Below the pieces are notes generated by a model. It ran no database searches, had not been told where the DNA came from, and saw nothing but the letters and a program-made list of their open reading frames with translations. The translations under genes were made by a program, and so were the position numbers. A stretch of 45,874 nt of DNA. Source: an uncultured Candidatus Marinamargulisbacteria bacterium (lineage in GTDB: Bacteria; Margulisbacteria; Marinamargulisbacteria; CAYINU01). Below are positions 19,160 to 28,208 of this stretch, in pieces. Within the stretch, counting starts at the first letter, position 1. The number at the start of each line of letters is the position of its first letter. Where the stretch lies: positions 1 through 45,874 of the forward strand of contig CAYINU010000004.1 in the NCBI GenBank assembly GCA_964364855.1. Reading direction: 5' to 3'.

Positions 19160-19700
19160 CGCTGGGCCTTTCTTTTTCCTCCAGGCGCACATTGAATTGT
19201 CCTTTTTTCTGATGGGCCGCGATTTGGGCCTGGATCCGGGCTTCGCGGTCAGCTTGCGTGGCGGCCGGTCCGGCGGGTGACACACCCATCGGCAAATCCG
19301 GCGTAACCTGCCCCCTCGCGGGCGCTGGCGGTGCCATGGCGGCGGCCGGGGAGGCCGGCCGTGGCGCAGCCGGTGGCAAGGGGAAGGGCTGGCTGGGCAA
19401 TGGCGTGGGGACCGCTTTGGGTCTGCCGTAGCCCGCCAGGATTGCCTTGGTTGGGGGATGGGATTTCAGATGGCGGTCAAAGTCTGCCGTAATCTGGTCC
19501 ACCTGCTCCGAGAGGGTACCGGTCAGATCCTGGGTGAAGCGCTGACCCTGTCGGAGATCGGTTTGGTGTTCCACATACCATTCCGCCATTTTGAGCAAGG
19601 CCTGCTGTTCGGCCAGCACCTCGGGACCCGCTCCCCTTTCCCGCAGGACAGCGGCCTCTGCCCGGGCTTGGCGAATGGCCTCGTCCATCGGGCCGGTCAT
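19143..19700 (-). CDS. hypothetical protein with helical N-terminus and Pro/Ala-rich linker, 185 aa
   Basis: Start re-called to ATG 19700 (ATGA overlap with 19697..19939); linker PTPLPSQPFPLPPAAPRPASPAAAMAPPAPA. Confidence 0.65.
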   Translation of the reverse strand: MTGPMDEAIRQARAEAAVLRERGAGPEVLAEQQALLKMAEWYVEHQTDLRQGQRFTQDLTGTLSEQVDQITADFDRHLKSHPPTKAILAGYGRPKAVPTPLPSQPFPLPPAAPRPASPAAAMAPPAPARGQVTPDLPMGVSPAGPAATQADREARIQAQIAAHQKKGQFNVRLEEKERPSDDLPD

Positions 19701-19939
19701 GGCTCTCTCACTTGTTTGAAATATTGGGTCATAGCCGCGTCGGTTTCTAGTGTTGCCAGTAGCCGGTTTTTGGTCAGGGCTTTGCTGGCCCACTGCAGCC
19801 GGATCTGGGATTCATCCACTACCATTTCGGCCACGCGCTTGGCCTGACGGGACAGCCGGATGCGCGTCACCGTGGTCAGCACAACCCCGATCCACATCGC
19901 CAAAACAGACACCCATGCAAGCCACGCGATCATGTCCAT
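19697..19939 (-). CDS. small membrane-anchored protein (N-terminal TM + helix), 80 aa
   Basis: GAGG RBS upstream; TM IAWLAWVSVLAMWIGVVLTTV followed by a basic/helical tail. Confidence 0.65.
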   Translation of the reverse strand: MDMIAWLAWVSVLAMWIGVVLTTVTRIRLSRQAKRVAEMVVDESQIRLQWASKALTKNRLLATLETDAAMTQYFKQVREP

Positions 19940-19987
19940 TATTGTACCTCACTTTACACGAGTCGAGCGTGGGTTAAAACCGCCATC

Positions 19988-22900
19988 TCAATACATCGGT
20001 CCGCGGGAATACATCGGTCGGAGGGCAGTCGCAGCAGGCTGGCTCCGAATTCCGATAGAGATGTAATATTTCTGTAACAACTCCATCCCCGGATACTCCG
20101 GCAACCTTCCTGGGATATCTGGTTTCCAATCTCCGCTGACAAGGTAAGATTTAAGATTCGCCAGCTGACGGTCCGAAGCCCGGGTATCCATGGCCTCCAA
20201 GGTCGCACCGACCCGCGCTATTACGCCTTGTTCCCAGTCGCGCACTGCCGGCGCCTTCAAGTCGGAGCCATCCGGCAAAGGAATACCCGCTTCCTGCATT
20301 GTGCGTAGGGCATACGTCAGGCGGTCAATATTATTGCAAAAGCTCATATGTTGGGGCACCTGCAGCCGCGCAACACGCAGATGGGCTTCCATTTCCGCCA
20401 TCATTTCCGCGCGCTGTTGGGCTATTTGTCTCTCGAACGCTTGAAGGTCGGTCTCCCGCTGTTGCTGCAATGCGGCCAATTGGGTTCGGAGATCGGCATT
20501 TTCTGTTTGTAGTCTAGCGTTTTCCGGTCGGAGTACGTCATTTTCTTCCCTGACCGGTCTCAGCTGTGCTTGACTCTCAGTCAGCTCTCTTTGAAGTCTT
20601 TCAAGGGTCTGTTGTAATGCCTCGTTTTGTTGTTGTGCAGCTGCTAATACTTTGTCAATTCGTTGCTGCGCAGCCCGGGCATCGGTAAGTTGTTGTGTCA
20701 ATTGGTCTCTCTCTTTCTCCGACGCCCGCAAGCGAACTGCAAGATCCGCGTTGGTGGTGTCCACATCCGTTAACCGGCGTACCGCTGTTTCCGCTGCTTG
20801 CAGCTTGTCAGTTTGCTCAGCCATTTGCTGTTTCAAATCAGCCAGTTCAACAGCAGCCTTATTCGCAGCGGCCTCAGCTGCTGCGTGTTGCTGTTCCAGC
20901 TCGCGCTGATGTTGGGCAGCGGTCGTATCTTTTTCTTGTACTAACTGTTCAAGGTGGACAGAAAGGTCTTTAGCCTGCTGTTCCGCTGCACGTTGGGCTT
21001 GTACGACTTCCCGAATTCGTCCGTTCAAGGCTTCGTTGTCACTCCGCACAGTGGCACTATCATTTCGAGCTGTGGCCAATTCCCTTTGAAGTAGCGCCAA
21101 AGTATGTCCAGCAGAAGCGGCTGTTGCCCGCGCGGCTGCCCGCTGCATAACGAACCGTGCATTTTCTGTTGCAGATCTGGCAGCCTGCGCCTGTACTGCT
21201 ACAACTTGTTCGGCAATAACGCTATATCTCACTTCTCTCTCTTCGATTTCAACTTGAAGCTCGTTAATTTGCCTGTGATATTCTTGCTGTTGGGTTTGCA
21301 CTGTCTCCTCTAGTTTAGTAGCCCGTCCCCTCGCTTGATCCACTTGCTCTCTGACGCCCTCAAGCGCTGCCAGTTTAGCTTGAAGCACTCTTATTTCGTC
21401 GTGTTTGCCACTCAGTTCGTTCCGTATTCGATCCAAATCTTCTTGCAGAGCCTTAATGGTTTGGTGAGCTTTATCAAGTTGCTGGGCTATCTGCAGCGTC
21501 TGCCAGTCCGTTTGGACCCCAACATCTGCCAGCGTTAATCCCCCATCTCTTTTGGGAGAGAAGTCTGCATCTCGCAGCTCGTCCCCAAGAGATGCGCCTG
21601 AGGTATCTACCTCAGGCCGCTGGTCTGCAGCTTGCGCTTCAGCCCATTGCCTTTCAAGGGCTGCTTGAAACTGCTGTGCTAGTGTGACTTTCACCTGGGC
21701 CTCTTCCAACCGATGTTGCAACTCCGTTACTTGTTCCTTGAACAGAAGCGCCGATTCAAGTTCTCTGGTTAGTTTGTTAACTGCCTCTTCAAAGTTGCTC
21801 GCTTTCGATATCAACTGTGCATGTTTAAGTTCTAAATCGCGCAGCCGGCTATTAGACTTCCTCAACTCCTCCGAAAGGCTATCCCTCTCCCTCTCGGTTC
21901 CTTTAAGTCTGGCCAGAAGCGCACCCTCTCTCTGCTGTGCCTCCCGCCGCGGAGTCAGCACTTGTTGGCGAAGCTCGTCTATTCCCAGTTCACGTTCGCG
22001 TAGCAATTGAGTGCTGTCGGCCAGCCTACGTACCAAGGCTTCGTTTTCACGTCTACTCGCCACAATTAGAGCCGCTTGTTCTTGGACCTGAGCCTGAACC
22101 TCTTCCAAATTGATCTCAGTGTTCGCGACGAGCTTCTCCATCTGTTGGAGGGTTCTCCGAAGGGCTGTTACTGTTTTTTCAGCTGTCTCCGCCCTTTCGG
22201 TCAATGTGGCGTTGGCGGCCTTTTCATCTTCTAGCGCTCGTACTACCCGTTCCAAGTCACTAAAGACAACCTGTGCTTCTTGAAGGCCCTCTTCTAACGC
22301 CGCATTACGATCACGCAGTTTCTGACTTCTAGTTTCTACTTCCTCAACATGCTGTTTCGCAACCGTTACAACTTTCATGATCAGCTCACGGATCACGTCC
22401 GGGTTTACACCGGTCTCTCTGGCAAGCGCAGAGATGGCGGCCTCGGTCCCATCATTAACACTGCTGGGTTCCTGCTCCTCTTCCCATGCAAGCCGAGTCG
22501 ATGGTCTCTGTGATGCAATCTGCTCGGCTATCGTTTTGCCATCGGGCAACGACACTTGTTCCAAAAGCCTTTTTTGTATCAAAGCCTGCCTCATTAACCC
22601 ATCACGTTCATCTAACTCGGCTTGATAATGGGCTGCTCCAATCTGTCCTATCAAGGCTCGACATAAGGTTGTTCTCTCACCGGGAATTCCCAAATCGGTA
22701 GGATATTGCGTCATGAGATCATTAAGTATTTCCAGCCGTTCGGTAGAAGATTGACGTTTCTTATTGTCAAGTACCTCCCCGAGGTTCCGTCTAAATTCGT
22801 CATTATCCCGCTTGGCATTTTTCATATGAGCCAAAAGACGGTTGACAGTACCAAGCTCCGCTATGAGCATCTCCGCTAGCTTATTAGCCGTGCTAACTCC

Positions 22901-23161
22901 TGCTTTTCGAAGTATTTCCTGAGCCATGGTAACAGGATCGAATGTTCCCTTTTGACATGCCTCCCATACTAGTTGCGCATAGCGTTCCAAATTCTGATCC
23001 ATTTCCTGTCTGATTTTTCTTCCATCTTCTGTAAGGTAAGGGGATGTAGTACCCGATACGGTCCTGGCCACCGGCTCCGAAAGAGAAAGTGCCCCACTCC
23101 CGATGATGAGGGGTGCATTTAATGGATTTAATGGAGAAGAAACTGCCATTCGTCTTAGCAT
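19988..23161 (-). CDS. long coiled-coil protein, 1057 aa (candidate secreted effector or tether)
   Basis: ATG preceded by AAGGGG; Ser/Pro-rich N-terminus; E/Q/L/A/R heptad-rich from ~aa 260 to 940. No Walker A motif, so not SMC. Confidence 0.85.
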   Translation of the reverse strand: MLRRMAVSSPLNPLNAPLIIGSGALSLSEPVARTVSGTTSPYLTEDGRKIRQEMDQNLERYAQLVWEACQKGTFDPVTMAQEILRKAGVSTANKLAEMLIAELGTVNRLLAHMKNAKRDNDEFRRNLGEVLDNKKRQSSTERLEILNDLMTQYPTDLGIPGERTTLCRALIGQIGAAHYQAELDERDGLMRQALIQKRLLEQVSLPDGKTIAEQIASQRPSTRLAWEEEQEPSSVNDGTEAAISALARETGVNPDVIRELIMKVVTVAKQHVEEVETRSQKLRDRNAALEEGLQEAQVVFSDLERVVRALEDEKAANATLTERAETAEKTVTALRRTLQQMEKLVANTEINLEEVQAQVQEQAALIVASRRENEALVRRLADSTQLLRERELGIDELRQQVLTPRREAQQREGALLARLKGTERERDSLSEELRKSNSRLRDLELKHAQLISKASNFEEAVNKLTRELESALLFKEQVTELQHRLEEAQVKVTLAQQFQAALERQWAEAQAADQRPEVDTSGASLGDELRDADFSPKRDGGLTLADVGVQTDWQTLQIAQQLDKAHQTIKALQEDLDRIRNELSGKHDEIRVLQAKLAALEGVREQVDQARGRATKLEETVQTQQQEYHRQINELQVEIEEREVRYSVIAEQVVAVQAQAARSATENARFVMQRAAARATAASAGHTLALLQRELATARNDSATVRSDNEALNGRIREVVQAQRAAEQQAKDLSVHLEQLVQEKDTTAAQHQRELEQQHAAAEAAANKAAVELADLKQQMAEQTDKLQAAETAVRRLTDVDTTNADLAVRLRASEKERDQLTQQLTDARAAQQRIDKVLAAAQQQNEALQQTLERLQRELTESQAQLRPVREENDVLRPENARLQTENADLRTQLAALQQQRETDLQAFERQIAQQRAEMMAEMEAHLRVARLQVPQHMSFCNNIDRLTYALRTMQEAGIPLPDGSDLKAPAVRDWEQGVIARVGATLEAMDTRASDRQLANLKSYLVSGDWKPDIPGRLPEYPGMELLQKYYISIGIRSQPAATALRPMYSRGPMY

Positions 23162-23225
23162 CTCAACCCCTTCTCACCAACGTGTTCGCACACGCACAAC
23201 GTGACCGACAATACTGCATTCCACG

Positions 23226-23254
23226 TTATCGTCAGATAGGCAAGCGAACTTGCA
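23226..23254 (-). promoter_or_regulatory. candidate sigma-28-family promoter for the coiled-coil gene
   Basis: Intergenic TGCAAG-N14-TGACGATAA, ~65 nt upstream of ATG 23161. Confidence 0.45.
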
Positions 23255-23260
23255 GGAAAA

Positions 23261-24310
23261 CTAGGCTTCGGAGACGGGCGAAAAGAAGTCGAAAATCGCC
23301 GCCCAATAGTCCGGTGCTTTCACGCGGTTGAGGGGTTCCACCCACCGGTACACCAGATTGGACGCACTTTCCCGCTTGATCTCGGCCTCCTTGCCCAGGT
23401 TATGGACCAAAAATAAAATCAATAAACCATTGACCGTTGCGATGTCCGGCACAGCTGCCACCGCCATCAGTCGGGGCAAGGACCGTTCGTGCCACGCACG
23501 GATAGCCGCATGCACGGCCGGCCATTGCGGTGTGCCATAGGCGGCATCAGACCCCAGCCATAACACAATAAACAACGCATAAAAATAGTCAAATAACGGC
23601 GGTTGATCGACCTGGTAGTCTTCCCAGTCCATCACCACGATAGCGTCTTGGTTCCACCCGATATTGTAGGGGTTGAAATCCCCGTGCAGGCCGGCCAGCG
23701 GCACCTGGGCGGACACGACCTGGGCCAAATCTGCCCGAAAGGCCTCATACACCTTTTGCAAAATGTCGGTCACATAGGCCGAGTTGGGAGATACGCGGGC
23801 AAATATGCCTTCGGTCCAGGCGGTAAAAACCGCGGCATCCAGCCGCCCACTCCCTCGCGACCGCTGGGTCCAGCGTACCAGCCATTCCGTCACGCGGTCG
23901 GCACGTGCGGCATCAAACTGGCCGGTTTTGGCCTCCTGGGTAATCTGCTGGTACCAATGGATATGCGGCAGGTAGGACGCCACCACCCAGAGCCGGCTAT
24001 CGGCATAAAACATGCCCAGGGGTCGGGCCACAGTATCGCCCAGGCCCATTTCCCGGGCCTGTCGGAGGGCATGGACCTCGTTTTGCAGGCTGGCCTGGGC
24101 CACCGCTGAGGCAGTCTGACCAAATTTCATGACGGCCACTGGCCGGTCGTGATCACAAACGGTCAGAACCAGGCACCGGTGGGAGGATTCTTTGCGAATT
24201 TCATTGAGAAAAAACCCCATATCGGCAGGCCAGGTGAGTTCCACCTCTGCCGCATGGGCGCGCAGGATGGCTTCGATTTCGGGCATTTTTTGGACCGGTC
24301 TATCCGTCAT
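23261..24310 (-). CDS. aminoglycoside phosphotransferase/choline kinase-like (APH family) phosphotransferase, ~349 aa
   Basis: VAVMK, NEVHAL, Brenner motif HGDFNPYNI and metal-binding VMDWE. Start re-called to ATG 24310 (overlaps the upstream stop); the track start of 24547 lies deep inside the upstream gene. Confidence 0.8.
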   Translation of the reverse strand: MTDRPVQKMPEIEAILRAHAAEVELTWPADMGFFLNEIRKESSHRCLVLTVCDHDRPVAVMKFGQTASAVAQASLQNEVHALRQAREMGLGDTVARPLGMFYADSRLWVVASYLPHIHWYQQITQEAKTGQFDAARADRVTEWLVRWTQRSRGSGRLDAAVFTAWTEGIFARVSPNSAYVTDILQKVYEAFRADLAQVVSAQVPLAGLHGDFNPYNIGWNQDAIVVMDWEDYQVDQPPLFDYFYALFIVLWLGSDAAYGTPQWPAVHAAIRAWHERSLPRLMAVAAVPDIATVNGLLILFLVHNLGKEAEIKRESASNLVYRWVEPLNRVKAPDYWAAIFDFFSPVSEA

Positions 24311-25172
24311 GGCGTTTTCGGTGGAGGCCGCCACCCTGGCAGACGTGGTTAAACCAAAACAGGCATTGATCACAGGCCAAAAATGACGGCACCACAAACC
24401 GCAATTGCGCCTCTCGGTCTGCCAGCATCCGCCGCGCCAGTTGCGGGGTGGGAAACGAGCTACGATCCCAACGTTCGGTAAACGCGGGGTCCCAATGGGC
24501 AAGTTTGCCATCCGGCAGTATCCGGAACCACCCACCCTCGCCCACAAACCGAAACACGGTTCCCGATGCGTTCAGCACGTCCAGCTGGTCGGTATTAAAT
24601 TGACACATCACCACCAGGTCCTCGATCACGGTTTTGTACCCCGCTCCAAAGGCCACGGATACCAAGTTGATGATCGCGGGGGTGAGGGCCTTCAGGCCGG
24701 TCAATGACTTATCTTGGGCCACCCGGACGCGTAAGACGGGATACAGCTTCAACTCCCGCAACAGCGGCAGAAGGTAAATGAAGTTTTCTGCGGGATCATC
24801 CAAGGTCACGGAGAGCGTAACCCGGGTATACCGTTTTTCGGAAAAGGTTCGCAAATGGGACTCCAGAGCCTCCCAGGCCGCCTCCGAATACCGCTGTGGA
24901 TTTTGAAGCAACACCTCGGTTTCGGAAAAGGTTCGCATGATCACCTGCCGCAATTCAGGCCGAAAGAGGCCGTTGGTGCGCAAAATGGCATAGCGCCGCG
25001 GCGAAATCAGCTGCTCGCACAGCTGGATAACAGCGGGGTTTTGGGTGGGCTCTACCCCTTCAATGACAAGCTGAATTGACGGCGGTATCCAGGTCAAGTC
25101 GTCCGCAAACGTCTGAGGAGAAAGTTGGCGGTATCGCGAGCCGTCTTGGTCATTCCAGACGATAGCGATCAT
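24300..25172 (-). CDS. degenerate radical SAM/SPASM-like protein, 290 aa
   Basis: GVEPTQNP (cf. GGEPxL), LRTNGL, ILPDGK and a SPASM-like CDQCLFWFNHVCQGGG; the N-terminal CxxxCxxC is absent. Confidence 0.65.
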   Translation of the reverse strand: MIAIVWNDQDGSRYRQLSPQTFADDLTWIPPSIQLVIEGVEPTQNPAVIQLCEQLISPRRYAILRTNGLFRPELRQVIMRTFSETEVLLQNPQRYSEAAWEALESHLRTFSEKRYTRVTLSVTLDDPAENFIYLLPLLRELKLYPVLRVRVAQDKSLTGLKALTPAIINLVSVAFGAGYKTVIEDLVVMCQFNTDQLDVLNASGTVFRFVGEGGWFRILPDGKLAHWDPAFTERWDRSSFPTPQLARRMLADREAQLRFVVPSFLACDQCLFWFNHVCQGGGLHRKRHDG

Positions 25173-25500
25173 CGTTGCGAATGGTTTCCAAAAAAGTCGC
25201 GGTTTTTCCCAACAATTGCCCTGCGACTTCCAGCAGGATGATTTGATCCTCTCTGGGCTGGGCCAAGAGGGTCCGAAAATCCGCGTCCAGCCGCGTCAGA
25301 TCGTCATGATAATGTTGCAGTTCGTGCTTTAACGCGGCATAGGCCGTGCGCTGCGGCTCGGGCAGGGGATGTTGCACGATGTGGGATACACTGGCCTGAA
25401 ATTCGGCCACCACGCGGCGGTACTTGTCCACCGTCTCCATCGTGGACCGGATCAAGCCTGCAATCCGGTCGACCACGTCCCGAGAGATCGTCTCGCCCAT
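25150..25500 (-). CDS. small helical-bundle/coiled-coil protein, 116 aa
   Basis: TAATG overlap with the hook-like gene; amphipathic helices. Size is chaperone-like (inference only). Confidence 0.7.
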   Translation of the reverse strand: MGETISRDVVDRIAGLIRSTMETVDKYRRVVAEFQASVSHIVQHPLPEPQRTAYAALKHELQHYHDDLTRLDADFRTLLAQPREDQIILLEVAGQLLGKTATFLETIRNDDRYRLE

Positions 25501-26387
25501 TACGAGACTTTGCTGATGAAGTCGGTAATCACCTTGTTGATCGTCGTCAGCGACGACAGCACCGCGTTATACCCCCGCTGTAGCTGAATGCCCAGCACGG
25601 TGATATCGGCAGGGTTCACGTTCGATGCCTCTGCCGCAGTGCCTTGGACGGTGGAAAAACCGGCCTCACCGGACCGGCCATACGCGATGGGGTTTCCCGA
25701 TCCTGTAGTAGGCGAATACGCACTGCCTTCGATGGGCGCGATCTTGGAGGGATTGGCAAACTTGGCCAAGCCCAGTTGGAATAACGCTGTCCCGGGAGGG
25801 ATGATGGTATTCGCTTCCTGGCGCTGGCGGGCAGTCTCTCTGGCATTGAAATTGGTCATCAGCACACCATCGGTTTCAAAACCGACATCAAAAAGGTCTT
25901 GCGTTGTCGGATCGAGAGTGATGGGAACCAATCTTGAGGTATCCGCCACACCGTTAACGACGCGGTATCCCATGACCGAACGACCGAAACTGTCTTGTAA
26001 CCGTCCCGACGAGTCAAAGGTAAAATCCGATTTTCGTTTGTAGTAAAACTGGCTGCCAATCGCGGCTTGGACCACGAAAAAGTCCTGACCGATAACAGCC
26101 GCATTTAACGCGCGTCCGGCCTTGATGGACCCTTGTGTAAAATTGATACCGGTCGGAATCAGAGTAAGCCCGGATGGAATGTTGGCCGTTGCAGGCGCAG
26201 CCACACCACCGTGGGGACTGGTACCGCCGGATACGGCCGTCATGGATTTGGAAAACAGAGACTGGAACGTGTAATCCGTTCCTTTATAGGCGTCGTCTTG
26301 GAAATGTTGTAAGTCAGCAGACAGGATTTGAATAGCATTGACGAAAGCCTGGAGGGAGTTTTGCGTCGTCGCGAACATATCAAACAT
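25500..26387 (-). CDS. divergent flagellar hook/basal-body rod protein (FlgE/FlgF/FlgG family), 295 aa
   Basis: FTQGSI...LNAAVIGQDFFVVQ...YYKRKSDFTFDSSGRLQDSFGRSVMGY; GLAKFANPSKI; C-terminal EASNVN...LQRGYNAVLSSLTTINKVI matches the LExSNVD...QRxYxANxxxIxTxD pattern. AGGAG RBS. Confidence 0.85.
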   Translation of the reverse strand: MFDMFATTQNSLQAFVNAIQILSADLQHFQDDAYKGTDYTFQSLFSKSMTAVSGGTSPHGGVAAPATANIPSGLTLIPTGINFTQGSIKAGRALNAAVIGQDFFVVQAAIGSQFYYKRKSDFTFDSSGRLQDSFGRSVMGYRVVNGVADTSRLVPITLDPTTQDLFDVGFETDGVLMTNFNARETARQRQEANTIIPPGTALFQLGLAKFANPSKIAPIEGSAYSPTTGSGNPIAYGRSGEAGFSTVQGTAAEASNVNPADITVLGIQLQRGYNAVLSSLTTINKVITDFISKVS

Positions 26388-26399
26388 GAAAGGTCTCCT

Positions 26400-28208
26400 T
26401 TAGGCCGCTTCGTCTACTGCGGGAGTCGAGATACGACGAACCGTTTGCCCCACTTGGATAAAAATATCCTCCTCTATACTAGACTCTTCCTTCAATCGGT
26501 TCAAGATTTGGATAAGCTGCTTACGCTTTCGGGACAAGCCGATCGTTTCAGACACTTCCATGCGCAGCTCCAGGTCATACAGCTCCTGGCGTACGGTATC
26601 AAACATTTCTCGGTTGGCTTTATTTTGCATGCTGGCTATCTCGGACTGGCTAACCGGTTCCCCCATATCAGACAGGCGGTTCAGGATGTCCGTCTTTTTG
26701 GTATTTAATATGTCAAAATCGTCGCCTTTGAGCTCAAACAGCGTGGCCTGCTCCAAACACAGTTTGTAAAACTCATCCAGCATGGCACCGCGGGCCAACA
26801 GCTGGCCCTCTTTTTCGACTTGGGACAGAACCTGATCTTCGATACCCAATTTGATCAGGCCGTTTTTGGCCCGGAAAATCTTAAAAGACAGCTCCAACCG
26901 CGCACGCAAACCGGGATTTAGGGCGCGGGCCATATAGAGCAGTCGCAATTTTTCTTCCAATTTTTCTTGGGCAGTCAAAATACGCACCTCAGGCGGCTTT
27001 TTTTGCTCTCCAGACTCGTGATCAAAAAAGCGCATCCCCCCCGAAGATACCCCCATACCCGCGGCCATGGCGGCAAAATCTGCCGCCCCCAGACTGTGGA
27101 TATAACGGGTTACCCGTTCCATTATGGGAGCGGTTAACACCGGTTCGCCCGTGATTTTTTCCGATATTTTTTGCAAATGCAGAATTTCCTTTTCAAACTT
27201 CGGCCAATCCTGGTCTCCGATATAACGGGAGAAAATATTGCCGGCTTCCTCGGCAACAAATCCTTTTAATTCGCTTTGAAACGTTTCATGTTCTTTGACA
27301 AACAATTGCTGGAAAGGCAATCGGCCAGCCGAGTACTCGTCCTCGGACTGGTAGGTATCCAGCATATGCTTCATGTCACGATAGGCCTGGACGCCTTCCG
27401 CATCACCTTTGGTATGGCGGGCAAAGTAGTAACGCATGACGTTTTTACGCACCAAATAGCTCAACGTATCCGAAGTCGCCTGTGCAACCCGAGTTTCCAC
27501 GGACACGCGCATGTCTTGGGTCACGCCCTGTTTTTCCATTTCCCCCCGTGAGGCGATGAGGGCTTTTTTATTTTTCTCATTTTTGTCCAGCAAATATCGG
27601 GCAAAGGCGGTGGAATAGGAGCGCACGGCCGTCTGCACATCGGACTTGGCAAATAGCCCTGTGGTGTCCCGACTGTCGTCGTGGCGGCTCATCTGCCGCT
27701 GTTGTTCCAGGGTCTGAGCGGTCCCCGGCATGGGAGCACTTTTGTCTTTGTGCGGGTTCCGAGCGCCTACCTGGCGGGAGTCAGACTCCTGGCGTTGCTT
27801 GCGTTGCAGCTGCTCGCTACTACCGGCCTGGGCTGAAACCGTCGCGGCATCCTTGTAATTTTCCTTTGATCCAAACCATTTCTTGGTTTCGGCTTCCAGC
27901 TCTTTTTCCAATTTTTTGCTCAAGACATTTTTTTGTTGCGTTTTCAGACGAGTCTGATCTTGCTCCGAAAAAATCTGGGCCAACGTGGCTTCCCGGTCAC
28001 CAAAAATCAGGTCCGAGGTCTTGTGCTCTTTTTTAGCCTGGGTTTTCTCTTCTTCTTCTTGTTTGGTTTGGCGCTGCAACAGCTGCTCCAGCGTCTGTGG
28101 CTTGGCATCTGCGTCAACCGATTTTTGCTTCTCAGGCCGAACGTCATCGTCATTCCATTTTCGCCCCTCAGAAACCCGCCCCGATGACCCCCCGAAGATT
28201 TCAGCCAT
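26400..28208 (-). CDS. hypothetical protein, charged disordered N-terminus + helical repeats, 602 aa
   Basis: Long ORF with an 8-nt overlap with the GT2 gene and a GAGG RBS; no family recognised. Confidence 0.8.
   Translation of the reverse strand: MAEIFGGSSGRVSEGRKWNDDDVRPEKQKSVDADAKPQTLEQLLQRQTKQEEEEKTQAKKEHKTSDLIFGDREATLAQIFSEQDQTRLKTQQKNVLSKKLEKELEAETKKWFGSKENYKDAATVSAQAGSSEQLQRKQRQESDSRQVGARNPHKDKSAPMPGTAQTLEQQRQMSRHDDSRDTTGLFAKSDVQTAVRSYSTAFARYLLDKNEKNKKALIASRGEMEKQGVTQDMRVSVETRVAQATSDTLSYLVRKNVMRYYFARHTKGDAEGVQAYRDMKHMLDTYQSEDEYSAGRLPFQQLFVKEHETFQSELKGFVAEEAGNIFSRYIGDQDWPKFEKEILHLQKISEKITGEPVLTAPIMERVTRYIHSLGAADFAAMAAGMGVSSGGMRFFDHESGEQKKPPEVRILTAQEKLEEKLRLLYMARALNPGLRARLELSFKIFRAKNGLIKLGIEDQVLSQVEKEGQLLARGAMLDEFYKLCLEQATLFELKGDDFDILNTKKTDILNRLSDMGEPVSQSEIASMQNKANREMFDTVRQELYDLELRMEVSETIGLSRKRKQLIQILNRLKEESSIEEDIFIQVGQTVRRISTPAVDEAA

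Noticed and set aside
19988-23161. SMC/SbcC annotation for the coiled-coil protein
   Set aside because: No Walker A/B, ABC signature or hinge motif.
23261-24310. Antibiotic-resistance gene call
   Set aside because: An APH fold alone does not imply resistance; the gene is coupled within a structural operon with no mobile context.
24311-24547. Track N-terminal extensions (kinase; also recA 37360, 19793, 19115, 33479, 33896)
   Set aside because: They overlap upstream genes or ignore RBS-supported or coupled ATGs; starts were re-called.
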